From: an uncultured virus (IMG/VR IMGVR_UViG_3300038443_001324)
Taxonomy: Duplodnaviria; Heunggongvirae; Uroviricota; Caudoviricetes
Virus record (IMG/VR): IMGVR_UViG_3300038443_001324
Reading direction: 5' to 3' (one strand)
DNA: 64,000 nt
Each line of letters opens with the position of its first letter. Position 1 is the first letter of the stretch. Made by a program: the position numbers and the translations under genes. This document shows positions 46,688-56,766 of the stretch, piece after piece. The notes below the pieces were generated by a model. It worked only from the letters and a program-made list of their open reading frames with translations, did no database searches and was not told the origin of the DNA.

Positions 46688-47996
46688 AGTTATCGTCCTC
46701 GACGTACTCATCGTCGTCGTACGGGTTATTGCTCATGTCGGGCGTGAAGGGCGAGATCCGCGGGAGATCGGCCGGGCCGCCCGCGCCAAACAGAGCTGGG
46801 GAAATGCGTCTGAGTTGCTCAACAGCCAGCGCAAGGGCCATCACGCAGTCATCGTGAAACCCGACCGGGGCGCTATAGCGCACGCCGGTGCGGGTGTATT
46901 GAAACTCGAAGTTGTCGAGCTCTTCGCGTATGGGCCCATCGGGGAAGGTAACGGCGCGGCTTTGAATCGCCACCGCGAGGCCTTCCATTAGTCGCTGTTT
47001 GCTTGCCGAGGAAAAGACGTAGCCGCTGATCGAGGACGGCCGCTTTGCTTGAAGGCGTTCGACGATGGGATCGCCGACGCCGGTGGAGTCTATCAGCGTG
47101 GGGGTGTTGCCCACAATGTCGAGGATATGCCTTTCCGTTTCGCCCCAGCTCTTTTGCCAGCGATCGAAACCGCACACGCGCTGCTGCCGATCGAGGCCAA
47201 CGAGCACCGACCAGTCTTGTTTTTTGGCCAAATCCTGGCCAGCTGCCACCATGCGCTCATCCGATAGCGGGCCGACGCAGTTGGCAATGTGCTTAAGGCC
47301 GAACGGATTGCCGCCATCGTCGGACGGCTCGGCAAGGTAGAGCTCGCGAAATACGTCCTCGGGCAGCAGGCGCTTGGCGTCTTCCACTTCCTCGAGCTTG
47401 AGCACACCGCCCTCGACGGCGTCGTATGCCGTCATCTTGTAGTGCGCCATGCGCGGCTCGCCAGCGGCGGCCATGCGCGAGAGCTTGTAAAACCAGTTCT
47501 TTTGCCCCTTCACGTTGCCGATGCAGCGCACCGGGCCATTGGTGGCCGTGAGTGTCGAGCGGATAGCCCACCATGCCTCTTCGCGCATCCGCGAGGCCTC
47601 GTCGAGCACCGCGGCATAGACGTCGTCGCCATACAGGTTGTCTGGCTTCTCGGCCGACTTGAATTCGATGACGGCGCCGTTGAGCAGCGTGATCTGCAAA
47701 TCTTGGTTATTCGCGTGATAGAGCTGCTTTGGGCACGCACGCTTAAGGCGCAGAAACGCGATTTTCGCCTGCCTATAGACAGGCGCCACCCACCAGTAAT
47801 TTCGCCCTGGCTTGCCGTAGATCGCTGCCTGTTCGAAGAGCCAGCAAATGCAACCATGCGTCTTGCCGGCCTTCGTCGAGGCCTCGATCATCGAGTAGCG
47901 CGCAGGGTTCCCGTGCAGATCGAGCGGGTTAAAGATCGCCCGCAGTTGCTTGGGGTAAAGCCAGGGCCGTACAAATTCGATCTGACGCGCGCTCAA
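46680..47996 (-). CDS. terL: Terminase large subunit
   Basis: STKAGKT Walker A, VLDEA Walker B, GQDLA, IDSTGVG, HDDCVMALALA. Confidence 0.93.
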   Translation of the reverse strand: MSARQIEFVRPWLYPKQLRAIFNPLDLHGNPARYSMIEASTKAGKTHGCICWLFEQAAIYGKPGRNYWWVAPVYRQAKIAFLRLKRACPKQLYHANNQDLQITLLNGAVIEFKSAEKPDNLYGDDVYAAVLDEASRMREEAWWAIRSTLTATNGPVRCIGNVKGQKNWFYKLSRMAAAGEPRMAHYKMTAYDAVEGGVLKLEEVEDAKRLLPEDVFRELYLAEPSDDGGNPFGLKHIANCVGPLSDERMVAAGQDLAKKQDWSVLVGLDRQQRVCGFDRWQKSWGETERHILDIVGNTPTLIDSTGVGDPIVERLQAKRPSSISGYVFSSASKQRLMEGLAVAIQSRAVTFPDGPIREELDNFEFQYTRTGVRYSAPVGFHDDCVMALALAVEQLRRISPALFGAGGPADLPRISPFTPDMSNNPYDDDEYVEDDNYG

Positions 47997-48453
47997 AGGA
48001 ACCCCAGCGAGCGAAGTGTGCAGTCGATCAATACGATGCCTGCGGCAACGAGCAATACGAATTCAGCCCAGCCCTTCATGGTGAGTCAGTTCGTGGTGTA
48101 AATGCCGCGACGCACGGGGCGCTGACGCTTTACGCGCCCAAGCGGCCCGAGCTCTTGGTTAGCCTGCGCGCGCGAACCGTTGACCTTCGCTTGTGGGTTA
48201 CGGTGCTGCTCTTTGACAGCGCTGTTTTTGGCGAATGCGCCAAAGCCTTTGCGGGTGCTCATGGTTTCATTCCTCGAGGTTGCGAAAGAGATGGTCGAGC
48301 AGCTCAACCAACAAGCCGAGCAGCCAAGAGACAACGAGCCCGCCGGCGGCGAGTATCGCGATCAGCGCGTGCACGTGGTCCGAGTGCCAGTAGACGCGGG
48401 CAATGGCGCACAGCAGCACCACGGCCACGCAGGTAAAGCGGTTCATAGGCGCC

Positions 48454-48825
48454 TCATAGCTTGCGCGGGTTGGAGTGTTCGCAAAAGCTGCAGCGGCGCT
48501 TACCAGGGCCAATGCGGCGGCCGCACCCTTCGCATCCAATGCGATCGTTCGGCGCGCGCACGGCAATGTGCACTCGATCGACGGGCAGGTTGAGCGGCCG
48601 CTCAAACAGGCTCGAGCACCATGCGAAGCGCTCGACAAGCGGTGCGTCGATGATCTCGAAGCGCACCCGGTTCTTTCGCAGCACTTGCTCGAGCGTGGTG
48701 CCGGCCGCGTGCGCCTTCTCACCGAGCGCACACGCGAGCTCGGCCGACACGCGCAGCACGAGCAGCGGCTCTTCCCCCTCGACGGCCACCACGGCCACGC
48801 TTTGCACTTCGGCGCGATCACTCAT
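48454..48825 (-). CDS. Hypothetical protein
   Basis: ATGA overlap with the MTase; C-terminal CEGC..CSFC. Confidence 0.55.
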   Translation of the reverse strand: MSDRAEVQSVAVVAVEGEEPLLVLRVSAELACALGEKAHAAGTTLEQVLRKNRVRFEIIDAPLVERFAWCSSLFERPLNLPVDRVHIAVRAPNDRIGCEGCGRRIGPGKRRCSFCEHSNPRKL

Positions 48826-49571
48826 GCGGCCTTCCCTTCCAAAAGTTGCGCGTTCTCGCGAGCGATACGATCTGCGGCGATCGCGAAGTACGAGGCCTCA
48901 AGCTCGATGCCTACGAAGCGCCGGCCAGCGCGCAGCGCGGCGACGCCCGTGCTGCCCGAACCCATGCAGTTGTCGAGCACGAGATCGCCCTCGTTCGTGT
49001 AGGTGCGCACCAGGTATTCAATCAGCGCGACAGGCTTTTGCGTTGGGTGCAAGTTGCTGCGCTGCTTGTCGCTAGCGAACCTCAGGACGCTGCGCGGGTA
49101 TCGCTCGGTTGAGTCGTATAGAAGTGCCGTGAACGCCTGACGCCCATACGTCCGCGTTATATCTTTCGTCTTCACCGACGACTTTCGGGCGTGGCCGAAC
49201 GTCTTCTGCGGGTTGTAAGTCGGCTGGCGTTCGTAAAAGACCAGCACATTTTCGTGCGCCTTCATAGGTGCGCGCTTTGCATTCAGATGTCCAGTCGCAT
49301 GCGTCTTTTCCCAAACCCACTCATACCGCAGGTTCTTTAGGTTCGACGCGCCGAGCACTTTGTCGAATGGCGTCTGAGCAGTAAGCACCACCGCGCCTTT
49401 GCAGACGCGGTCGTATTGCTTCCATAGCGCGGCAAGATCGAGCGGACAGTCCCATTTGTTGCGCGTGGTTCCATACGGCAGATCACATAGAACCAGATCG
49501 ACACTCTGATCGGGCAGCGCGGCCATGCGCTCTATGCATTCGCCGTGATGCAGGACGTAGCGATCGCTCAT
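48822..49571 (-). CDS. DNA methyltransferase (N6-A/N4-C, beta class)
   Basis: DLPY, HPTQKP, LDNCMGSGSTG. Confidence 0.9.
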   Translation of the reverse strand: MSDRYVLHHGECIERMAALPDQSVDLVLCDLPYGTTRNKWDCPLDLAALWKQYDRVCKGAVVLTAQTPFDKVLGASNLKNLRYEWVWEKTHATGHLNAKRAPMKAHENVLVFYERQPTYNPQKTFGHARKSSVKTKDITRTYGRQAFTALLYDSTERYPRSVLRFASDKQRSNLHPTQKPVALIEYLVRTYTNEGDLVLDNCMGSGSTGVAALRAGRRFVGIELEASYFAIAADRIARENAQLLEGKAA

Positions 49572-50236
49572 TGCTCGCCGTCCTCTTTCGGTTTGCCCGG
49601 TGCCTCGCCCATCGTGAGCGTGAAGCGAATCGGCGCATCAGATGGCAGGCCCGCAGGCTTGTCGCCCTCTTCCCCGCCCTGCCCTTGGCCGCCCCGCACC
49701 TCAAAGGTGGCGCTCATGCCGGGGCTCTTCTCGCTAAAGCCCATGCGCGTCTTTGCCCAAAAGATGCCGGCAGTCACGGCCGCCTTCTCACCGCCGCTCG
49801 TGGCGATCTTCAGCAGGTTGCCGGCCACGCGCAGATTGACCATGTCGGCGCCGTGCGCCAGCTCGTCGGCAAAGTGGGCTTTCATGGTGTTGAGCGCGAG
49901 CCCGTGCGGCGCGTTCACGCAGAAACGGATCTGCTCGTCGGTGTAGCCGCAGGCCTTCGCGAGCGACACGAGCAGGCGATCGCCCGGCGTGGGCACGTAG
50001 CGCTTGCGGCTCTCGCGCATCACCGGCGAGATCGACTCGCGCGGCGCGCGTGAAGCTGCAGCGCTTGACGTTGAAGCGGCGCGTTTTGAAGTGCGTTTTG
50101 AAGTTGAATCAGCTGCAGCAGCTTTTGAAGCCGAAGCCTTTTTAGCAGCTGTCAATTTCTCGCTCTTCACGCGCGTGGAAGCCGAACCCCGCTCTGTTCT
50201 GGCAGATGAAGGGTTCGGCTGCTTTTTCGCAACCAT
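49568..50236 (-). CDS. terS: Terminase small subunit
   Basis: HFADEL..G...V...L...A..G...VTA.IFW.KTRMG; start MVAKK. Confidence 0.75.
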   Translation of the reverse strand: MVAKKQPNPSSARTERGSASTRVKSEKLTAAKKASASKAAAADSTSKRTSKRAASTSSAAASRAPRESISPVMRESRKRYVPTPGDRLLVSLAKACGYTDEQIRFCVNAPHGLALNTMKAHFADELAHGADMVNLRVAGNLLKIATSGGEKAAVTAGIFWAKTRMGFSEKSPGMSATFEVRGGQGQGGEEGDKPAGLPSDAPIRFTLTMGEAPGKPKEDGEQ

Positions 50237-50242
50237 AGTTTT

Positions 50243-50294
50243 TATTGAAACGGTGATGAAATTGGTTGACGTGTGGCGCGTGATGCGCCATAGT
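50243..50294. promoter_or_regulatory. Divergent control region with box A and a degenerate box B
   Basis: TTGACG-17 nt-CATAGT with TGGCGCG-tga-TGCGCCA in the spacer. Confidence 0.65.
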
Positions 50295-50345
50295 CTAGGC
50301 ACTCGCCCCGAAGTGTGGGCGGCATGTGAAGAGGGAGAAACTGCG

Positions 50346-50756
50346 ATGCAAATGCAAGTGTACGGCAATGAATTGCAAAATGGAGCGCATGGCGCGCCGT
50401 TCGTGCTCAATGACGCTGTGATGACGTCCATCATGAAGCACGCTCTAGCCGAGAACCCCACCCCCACTCCCACCGCGCGCAAGGGTTCAATGCTCGCCGA
50501 GGCCCAAGCGGCCGTACTGCGCGGTGAAGCTCCGGCCCCTCTCGCGTTCAAGAGCGCGGCAAACCCCTCCTACCAAAAGCACGCAGACGCGCTGTATCAG
50601 TTGGCGTGCGAAGGCGCACTCGATGCGCTCACCGGTTACGCGCTCTCAGGCACCAATACCTACGCCCGCGCATTGCGCAAGTACCGCGATCTGCTCGTTA
50701 CTGCTGTGCAAGGCGCGTTCAATGCGGGCGCTCTCCCTCCGGGGCATAACGCATAG
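50346..50756 (+). CDS. Small protein resembling the helical repeats of the polyvalent protein
   Basis: GGAG RBS; SAANPSYQK...G...NTY...Y...LL. Confidence 0.6.
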   Translation: MQMQVYGNELQNGAHGAPFVLNDAVMTSIMKHALAENPTPTPTARKGSMLAEAQAAVLRGEAPAPLAFKSAANPSYQKHADALYQLACEGALDALTGYALSGTNTYARALRKYRDLLVTAVQGAFNAGALPPGHNA

Positions 50757-50831
50757 GAGTGCGGGAGCGCCGTAGCTGTAGCTGTGGATAGGCGGTAATG
50801 ATTCTCATTCGTTTATAGGGGCATTTCACCC

Positions 50832-51434
50832 ATGAATCGATATCAAGTAGATAGCAAGCCGGCCTCGAAAAGCCATCTCGAACTCGAAAACGAGTGCAAC
50901 CGCTTTAATGTGGCCATCCGCATCGGCGATCTGGTGGCATACCGCGAAGTTTTGCGCGATGACTGCCCGGTGCAGGTGTTCGCCACGCGCAGCCCGGCGC
51001 AGGTATTGAGCGGCCATAGCGCGGTCGTGTGGCTCACCGGCAAAAGCGGCTGCGTGTTGATTTCGCACTGCCGCAAGGCCACACGGGCAGACGTCGAAGC
51101 ACATGAGCGCGCGATGCAAGAGGCCGCCGAGCGGGCCTCGAAAGATGCGGCCGAGGCGGCGCATATCCGTGCGACGCCCTATTACGTTCGCCCCGCAGCG
51201 TTCAAGCAACTGCGCGAGGGCAACGCGGCTTTGTGCCGACTGGCCGGAACGCTCGATCCCGATCAGATCCGCCTGTACGAGCAGGGATTCGTCGATGCAC
51301 TTGTGAAGAGCGTGCGCGAGCTGATGCGCCTCGCCACGCGCAACGATGTGCCAGAAGCCGAGCAGATCGCGATCGCCGAGCGCGCGCAAGACCTGCTTGA
51401 TCGATTCGAGAACGACGAGCCGGTGCCGTTTTGA
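50832..51434 (+). CDS. Hypothetical protein
   Basis: TRSPAQVLSGHSAVVWL motif; 200 aa. Confidence 0.65.
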   Translation: MNRYQVDSKPASKSHLELENECNRFNVAIRIGDLVAYREVLRDDCPVQVFATRSPAQVLSGHSAVVWLTGKSGCVLISHCRKATRADVEAHERAMQEAAERASKDAAEAAHIRATPYYVRPAAFKQLREGNAALCRLAGTLDPDQIRLYEQGFVDALVKSVRELMRLATRNDVPEAEQIAIAERAQDLLDRFENDEPVPF

Positions 51435-51441
51435 GGTGGCC

Positions 51442-51633
51442 ATGAAAGAGCAACAGATTCAAGCACTGCGCGAGCAGTACGCAGGGCAAGTGCTAGCGGC
51501 CTTTTGCGCGAACCCGGCTGTTTTCGCGGAGAACGGCCGCACTGGATGGGGCCTGGTGAACTGCACGCATGAACAGCTCGTCGAGCTGGCCGATGTGCTG
51601 GCCCACAAGCTCGCGCGCAAGGTGGTCCGGTGA
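51442..51633 (+). CDS. Hypothetical protein
   Basis: GAGG RBS. Confidence 0.5.
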   Translation: MKEQQIQALREQYAGQVLAAFCANPAVFAENGRTGWGLVNCTHEQLVELADVLAHKLARKVVR

Positions 51634-52067
51634 GGGAAAAAGGCAAGCGCGATGCGCAACGCGACAAGGCGCTCGAGCTGATCCGCCTCGCTGCATTGCA
51701 TGGGCAAGAGCACGTCGCCACGCGGCTTTTCGTGCACTTGCGCGTGTCGCGGCGGGAATTTAACGAGCACCTGGCACTCGGGCGCTCACAACGCGAAGGG
51801 GGCTTTATGGCTTTAGGAGAAAACCAAAAGCGCGTGCTTTGCGCGCTGCGCCGGCGCCCGACCGGCTGGTATCGGGGGTGCTCGATGGTGGTGCCGGGCG
51901 TGAGCGTGCCGAAAGTGATGGGCACGCTCGAGCGGCTCGGCATGGTGGCTGCGGCGCCGGCGTTCGTTCCCAACCGCGGCACACAGGACGTCTACACACT
52001 CACCGAGGCTGGTATGCGCATCGCGAATGCGGTTGCCGAGGCGAGAGAAAAGGCGTGCGCGGCATGA
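51630..52067 (+). CDS. Hypothetical protein, possible winged-helix C-terminus
   Basis: LERLGMV...YTLTEAG. Confidence 0.5.
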   Translation: MREKGKRDAQRDKALELIRLAALHGQEHVATRLFVHLRVSRREFNEHLALGRSQREGGFMALGENQKRVLCALRRRPTGWYRGCSMVVPGVSVPKVMGTLERLGMVAAAPAFVPNRGTQDVYTLTEAGMRIANAVAEAREKACAA

Positions 52068-52288
52068 GCGAGTTGCTCGCCATATGGGTCGTGTATAAGC
52101 GGCCCGCCGATTACCCGGGGCACTTCGTGGCGCGCAAGTGGCTTGTCACGCCGGAAGGATTGACCGCCACGATGGAAGCCGTGTTTGCGCCCACGCTCGG
52201 GCAAGTGCGCGCGAAGTTGCCCCCGGACCTTTACTGCTCGCCGCGCCAACCTGGCGACGAACCGCAGATCATTGAATCGTGGTTTTAA
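52064..52288 (+). CDS. Hypothetical protein
   Basis: WVVY..P.DYP..FVARKW...IIESWF. Confidence 0.55.
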   Translation: MSELLAIWVVYKRPADYPGHFVARKWLVTPEGLTATMEAVFAPTLGQVRAKLPPDLYCSPRQPGDEPQIIESWF

Positions 52289-52311
52289 AACAACATCTGA
52301 CCTATATCAAA

Positions 52312-54420
52312 ATGCCATCAAATCACCCGAAAGAAACCGTTGAACAGATCGTCTATATCCCCCTGAATGAGCTGCATATCTCGCCGCTCAACCAGCGGCG
52401 TAACGACACCTCAAGCGTCGCCGAGCTGCGCGCGCTAATCCGCTCGCAGGGGCTGCTGCAGAATCTGATCGTGGTGCCCGAAGCAGACGGCGGCTGGGGC
52501 GTCGTGGGCGGCGGCCGCCGTATGCGCGCAATGCAGGAAGAGGCGAGCGATGGGCACTTTGCGGCCGACCATCCGGTGCCGTGCATCATCGCCACGCCAG
52601 CCACGGCGCCCGCCATGAGCCTTGCGGAAAACAGCGGCCGCGAGCCGATGAACCCGGCGCAGGAATTTCGCGCGTTCGCCGAGCTGCACAAGCAGGGCAA
52701 GCCCGTCGAGGATATCGCGGCGCAATTTGGCGTCTCGCCGATCGTGGTGCGCCGGCGCCTGGCGCTCTCGAATGTTCACCCGACGCTGATCAAAGCGTAC
52801 GAAGCGGGCGAAATGAACCTCGAAACGCTGCAGGCTTTCACGCTGGCCAGCTCCCATAAGCAGCAGCTCGCGGCATGGCAGTCGGTGCCGCAGTATCAGC
52901 GCGGCGCGCACTGGATCCGCCAGGCGCTTACGAAGGGGCAAAAAGACGCGCGGCACGACCGGGCCAGCCAATTCGTGGGGCTTGCCGCGTATGAGGCCGC
53001 CGGGGGCGCGGTGGTGCGCGACCTCTTTGGCGGGGAAAACAGCGGCTATATCGGCGATGCCATGCTGATGCAAAAGCTCGCCGCGGAAAAGCTCGAGGCC
53101 GAAGCAGACAAGGTGCGCGCCGAGGGCTGGGCGTTCGTGGACGTGCACCCCGAGCTCGAATGGAAGCATACCGATCGATTCGGGCGCAGTAAGCCGGCCA
53201 CGCGCGAGCTCACCGCCGACGAGCAGGCCGAAATCAGCGCGCTCGAGGCCGAGATCGAAACGCTCAACGCGCAGCTGCACGACGACGAGGAAGAGTTCAC
53301 CGATGGCGACGCGGAAACGATCGAGGACGAAATTGGCCGCCGGCAAGCGCGCATCGAAACGATCCGCGCCGCGACGTCGACCTATACCGATCGCCAGAAG
53401 AAAAAGGCCGGCGTAGTGATGGGCATCGGCCACGGCGGCCGCCTCGAGATCCACCGCGGCATGATCCGGCCCGTCGATCCGAAAGAGGCGAAGAAAAAGG
53501 AACTGGCCAAGGCCAAAGCGGCAGCTGAAGCGGCCGGCGAGGCGGCGCCTATGGGCCTAAGCGAAGCGCTTACGCGCAAGCTCACGGCCCACCGCAGCGC
53601 GGCGCTCGCAGCGCACCTGCTCGAGTGCCCGCGCGTGGCGCTCGATCTGCTCGCGGCGAACATGGCCATGCAGGTGCTCTATAACGGCGGCTACTACGGC
53701 GCGGCCGGCGTGCACGTCCAGGCGCATAAACAGATGGGAACGCTAATCTCGGCCGGCCCTGACGTCGAAGAGAGCAAAGCCTATAAGGCGATCGACGAGC
53801 AACGCGATGCCCTGCTCGATCTGCTGCCCGAGGATCCGAAGACGCTTTTCGTGTGGCTGGGCGAGCAGAACATCATGACCGTGGTCGAGATCCTGTGTTT
53901 CTGCACGGCCGCGACGCTCAATGCCGTGGTGGGCAACCAGCACAGCAAGCCGCTCGAGCAGCTCGAGGGCACGATTGGGTTGAATATGGCCGATTGGTGG
54001 CAGCCCACGCGCAAGTCGTTCCTCGATCAAGTGCCCAAGCAGGTGATCCTGGACGCGCTCAAAGAAGTGGGCTTCGATGACGCGGCGATCGCCACGGCCG
54101 AGAAGCTTAAAAAGTCCGATCTCGCAGCCTACGCCGAGGAAGCGCTCGCCGACTCGGGCTGGGTGCCGGCGCCGATCCGCGGGAAGGCCTCGCCGATCGT
54201 TGCCGAGGCGCGCAAGCCGAAGGCGAAGGCCGCAACGCGCAAGCCCGTGACGAGCTCCGCGAAAAAGCCCGTGACGAACTCGGCAAAGCCCCCGGTCAAA
54301 AGCTCGATGCGCAAGCGCAAGGGTGAAATGGAGAACGCGCCGCCTGAAAAGGGCTCGATGGCCGATCAGTTTCACAAGCTGAATCCGGCCGCCGCGTGGC
54401 CCTTCCCAATCAACAAGTGA
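52312..54420 (+). CDS. parB: Large plasmid-type ParB/Spo0J-family protein
   Basis: GLLQNLIV, GGRRMRA, SLAEN..R, HTH, FVGL.AYEAAGG..RDLF, MADWWQPT. Confidence 0.85.
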   Translation: MPSNHPKETVEQIVYIPLNELHISPLNQRRNDTSSVAELRALIRSQGLLQNLIVVPEADGGWGVVGGGRRMRAMQEEASDGHFAADHPVPCIIATPATAPAMSLAENSGREPMNPAQEFRAFAELHKQGKPVEDIAAQFGVSPIVVRRRLALSNVHPTLIKAYEAGEMNLETLQAFTLASSHKQQLAAWQSVPQYQRGAHWIRQALTKGQKDARHDRASQFVGLAAYEAAGGAVVRDLFGGENSGYIGDAMLMQKLAAEKLEAEADKVRAEGWAFVDVHPELEWKHTDRFGRSKPATRELTADEQAEISALEAEIETLNAQLHDDEEEFTDGDAETIEDEIGRRQARIETIRAATSTYTDRQKKKAGVVMGIGHGGRLEIHRGMIRPVDPKEAKKKELAKAKAAAEAAGEAAPMGLSEALTRKLTAHRSAALAAHLLECPRVALDLLAANMAMQVLYNGGYYGAAGVHVQAHKQMGTLISAGPDVEESKAYKAIDEQRDALLDLLPEDPKTLFVWLGEQNIMTVVEILCFCTAATLNAVVGNQHSKPLEQLEGTIGLNMADWWQPTRKSFLDQVPKQVILDALKEVGFDDAAIATAEKLKKSDLAAYAEEALADSGWVPAPIRGKASPIVAEARKPKAKAATRKPVTSSAKKPVTNSAKPPVKSSMRKRKGEMENAPPEKGSMADQFHKLNPAAAWPFPINK

Positions 54421-54474
54421 CGCACTGCGCTCCGTCATCGGAGCGCCAGCGAACCGATATCGAAACGACACTAA

Positions 54475-55044
54475 ATGAACATCGATAAAACGGAATATCA
54501 GCCAACCATCGAGCAGCTCACGCAGATTCATTCGCGCTTTGCTTTCGAGGCCGTGCAGACGTTCAACGAGCACGGCGAGCACCGCCCGACGCTGATCGTG
54601 GCCACGGTGCACCCGGACGGCTCGTGCAGGCACATGCAGATGCCCGATTTCGCTGTGCTGCCCTACTTCTCGGCCGATTCGCACGCGCAGCAGCGGCAAA
54701 ACGTGGCGCTGCTCGCCGCGAAGATCCGCAGCATTTTGCTGCCCGGCCCCGTTCGCGAAAACATGGCTAGGCTCGCGCCGGCGCCGAATGTGGTCATCCA
54801 GATCAATGAGGCGTGGTCTGCCTCTACCGATGACCCGGATCGCGGCAAGCTACCCGAGAGGCTGGAAGACGCCCCCGGCCGCGTCGAAGTCATCGCGATC
54901 CAGCTGCACACGCCCCGCGGCACGCATATCGGCTACAGCCCGATCCACGATAACCCAAGGCGCGCGGAAGTCGGCACGCTGTACACGGAGCGCATGATCG
55001 GCGGCAACAATGCGATGCCCGACGCTGACAGGGTGTTGCACTGA
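54475..55044 (+). CDS. Hypothetical protein
   Basis: 189-aa ORF in the rightward string. Confidence 0.6.
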   Translation: MNIDKTEYQPTIEQLTQIHSRFAFEAVQTFNEHGEHRPTLIVATVHPDGSCRHMQMPDFAVLPYFSADSHAQQRQNVALLAAKIRSILLPGPVRENMARLAPAPNVVIQINEAWSASTDDPDRGKLPERLEDAPGRVEVIAIQLHTPRGTHIGYSPIHDNPRRAEVGTLYTERMIGGNNAMPDADRVLH

Positions 55045-55229
55045 TGGTCGCCATTCGCAAGTGCATGAAATGCGGCGGCAGCGGGCACGTGCTCGAGGCG
55101 ATCGCCGGCGCGCTCGAGCCGGTGAAGTGCCCACGCTGTGGCGGCGATGGCCGCATGGTGCTTAATCCGCCGCGATCGCGAGCCGTTAACGAGCCACAGG
55201 AACCCAAAAAGCAGCCGAGGCTGCTATGA
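55044..55229 (+). CDS. Small DnaJ-type zinc-finger protein
   Basis: CMKCGGSG and CPRCGGDG. Confidence 0.6.
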   Translation: MVAIRKCMKCGGSGHVLEAIAGALEPVKCPRCGGDGRMVLNPPRSRAVNEPQEPKKQPRLL

Positions 55230-55687
55230 GGGTCGGTCGCCCTGTAAAGCCGATGCCGCAGCCCGTTTGCCCGTATTGCGATCAGAAGGCCAAGCTGCTG
55301 CGCGCCGGCGAGCCCGGCTACCCCTACGAAGCGCGGCATCCGGACGAAGTTCGCGATTATGGCCCGATGTGGACGTGCGCGCCCTGCCAGGCGTGGGTCG
55401 GTGTACACGCCAACAGCCGCCGGCATGTGCCGCTCGGGCGCCTGGCCAACGCCGAGCTGCGCCAGTGGAAAAGCAACGTGCACGCGGTTTTTGACCCGCT
55501 CTGGCAGGCCAAGGTGCGGCGAGACGGCTGCAACAAATTCGAAGCGCGCAACGCCGGGTACAAGTGGCTGGCCGGGGAGCTTGGCATCGACGTGAAGGAA
55601 TGCCATGTCGGCATGTTCGATATCGAACGATGCCAGCGTGCGATCGAAATTATCACGTCCGTGACAAAAAGGCCGCGCAAAACGTAA
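55226..55687 (+). CDS. DUF3268-like zinc-finger protein
   Basis: CPYC...C..C.AWVGVH...PLGRLANAELR...H..FDPLW...HVGMF. Confidence 0.75.
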   Translation: MRVGRPVKPMPQPVCPYCDQKAKLLRAGEPGYPYEARHPDEVRDYGPMWTCAPCQAWVGVHANSRRHVPLGRLANAELRQWKSNVHAVFDPLWQAKVRRDGCNKFEARNAGYKWLAGELGIDVKECHVGMFDIERCQRAIEIITSVTKRPRKT

Positions 55688-55908
55688 AAGACTTGCTATA
55701 GTCACTCCATCTTTTCGATATCGATTTGATGGAGTGCAAACCGTGTTCCGCCACTATTCCAACGCTGATTCCGAAGAAGATCCGATCCTCCCGCGATATC
55801 CGCGGCTGTGCCGAGAGTGCCGGCTCTCGTTTGGCCACTCCATGGGCTGCCCCGAGGCAGACGATCTGGCCGAAAGCGATATCGAAACGCTATCGGATAA
55901 CATGCAAA

Positions 55909-56112
55909 ATGATTGATTTACAGCGACACCGCTTCCAATGCGAGGTACGCGCTCTGCTTAAACTACGGTACGAGAAGGGAGAGCAAGCGCGCGACCAGTA
56001 CATCGCAGAGGTACGCAAGAAACGCGGCGCGCAAGCAGTCGATGAACTGGTTTCAGCAGCGGTCGAGCAGTGGCGGCTCGGCAATCGGGGGCGCCCTAAT
56101 GATTGGCGCTAA
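55909..56112 (+). CDS. Hypothetical protein
   Basis: R..CEVR...RG...QW..GNRG. Confidence 0.55.
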   Translation: MIDLQRHRFQCEVRALLKLRYEKGEQARDQYIAEVRKKRGAQAVDELVSAAVEQWRLGNRGRPNDWR

Positions 56113-56116
56113 TAAA

Positions 56117-56195
56117 TGTAACCCGGGTGATTATTTTTCTTGCCTGTAGCGCGTGATGCGCCTATAGTCGGCTAGGATTTGTCACCCGGGAGATA
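56117..56195 (+). promoter_or_regulatory. Sigma70 promoter with box A flanked by two box B sites
   Basis: TTGCCT-17 nt-TATAGT; TAGCGCG-tga-TGCGCCT; TGTAAC-ccgg-GTGATT and TGTCAC-ccgg-GAGATA. Confidence 0.65.
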
Positions 56196-56200
56196 AAAAA

Positions 56201-56482
56201 ATGTCCAGTGTATGGCTCACACTCGCATCGGATCCGAAGAACCCGCAAAAGCTAGCCGGCAGGCTCGGCCAACGGGAAGCAACGCGCTATATGCGCGGCC
56301 GCACCATCGAATACGTGAAAGCCGGTGCAGGCGCCGGCCTCGCCCACGAGGTGAAACTGTGTGGCGACACGGTGCTGCTGTTCTGCAATGGCAAGCTGGA
56401 CGGCTCCCTGCACGTGGAGCATCTGTCCCCGCCGACGCTGCCGGGCAAGGGCGACAATTGGGTATCCAAGGCGACACAGTGA
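56201..56482 (+). CDS. Hypothetical protein
   Basis: GGAG RBS after the promoter. Confidence 0.6.
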   Translation: MSSVWLTLASDPKNPQKLAGRLGQREATRYMRGRTIEYVKAGAGAGLAHEVKLCGDTVLLFCNGKLDGSLHVEHLSPPTLPGKGDNWVSKATQ

Positions 56483-56697
56483 TGATCCAGCCACCGCCGC
56501 GAGACCCGCGCACGCGCTATAACGATGCGATTCGGCGGCTGCAACGCCACGCGATCGATCGCATCGAAGCAGCGAACAATTCCGCCCGCACGCTTCCTCG
56601 CCTGCGCGCTGAGATTACCGCCGCGCTCGAAGAGCTCGAGGAACTCACGAACGAGGCCGAGGCGCGCTATCGCAAGGCGCTGCGCAGCCGAAACTGA
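56479..56697 (+). CDS. Hypothetical helical protein
   Basis: GTGA overlap; ends at the terminator. Confidence 0.5.
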   Translation: MMIQPPPRDPRTRYNDAIRRLQRHAIDRIEAANNSARTLPRLRAEITAALEELEELTNEAEARYRKALRSRN

Positions 56698-56716
56698 CGC
56701 TATTCATCCCACCAGC

Positions 56717-56743
56717 AAAAAGCCCGCGTTGCGCGGGCTTTTT
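56717..56743. terminator. Bidirectional intrinsic terminator
   Basis: AAAAAGCCCGCG-ttg-CGCGGGCTTTTT. Confidence 0.85.
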
Positions 56744-56766
56744 CATGTCGTTTCAATATCGATTCG

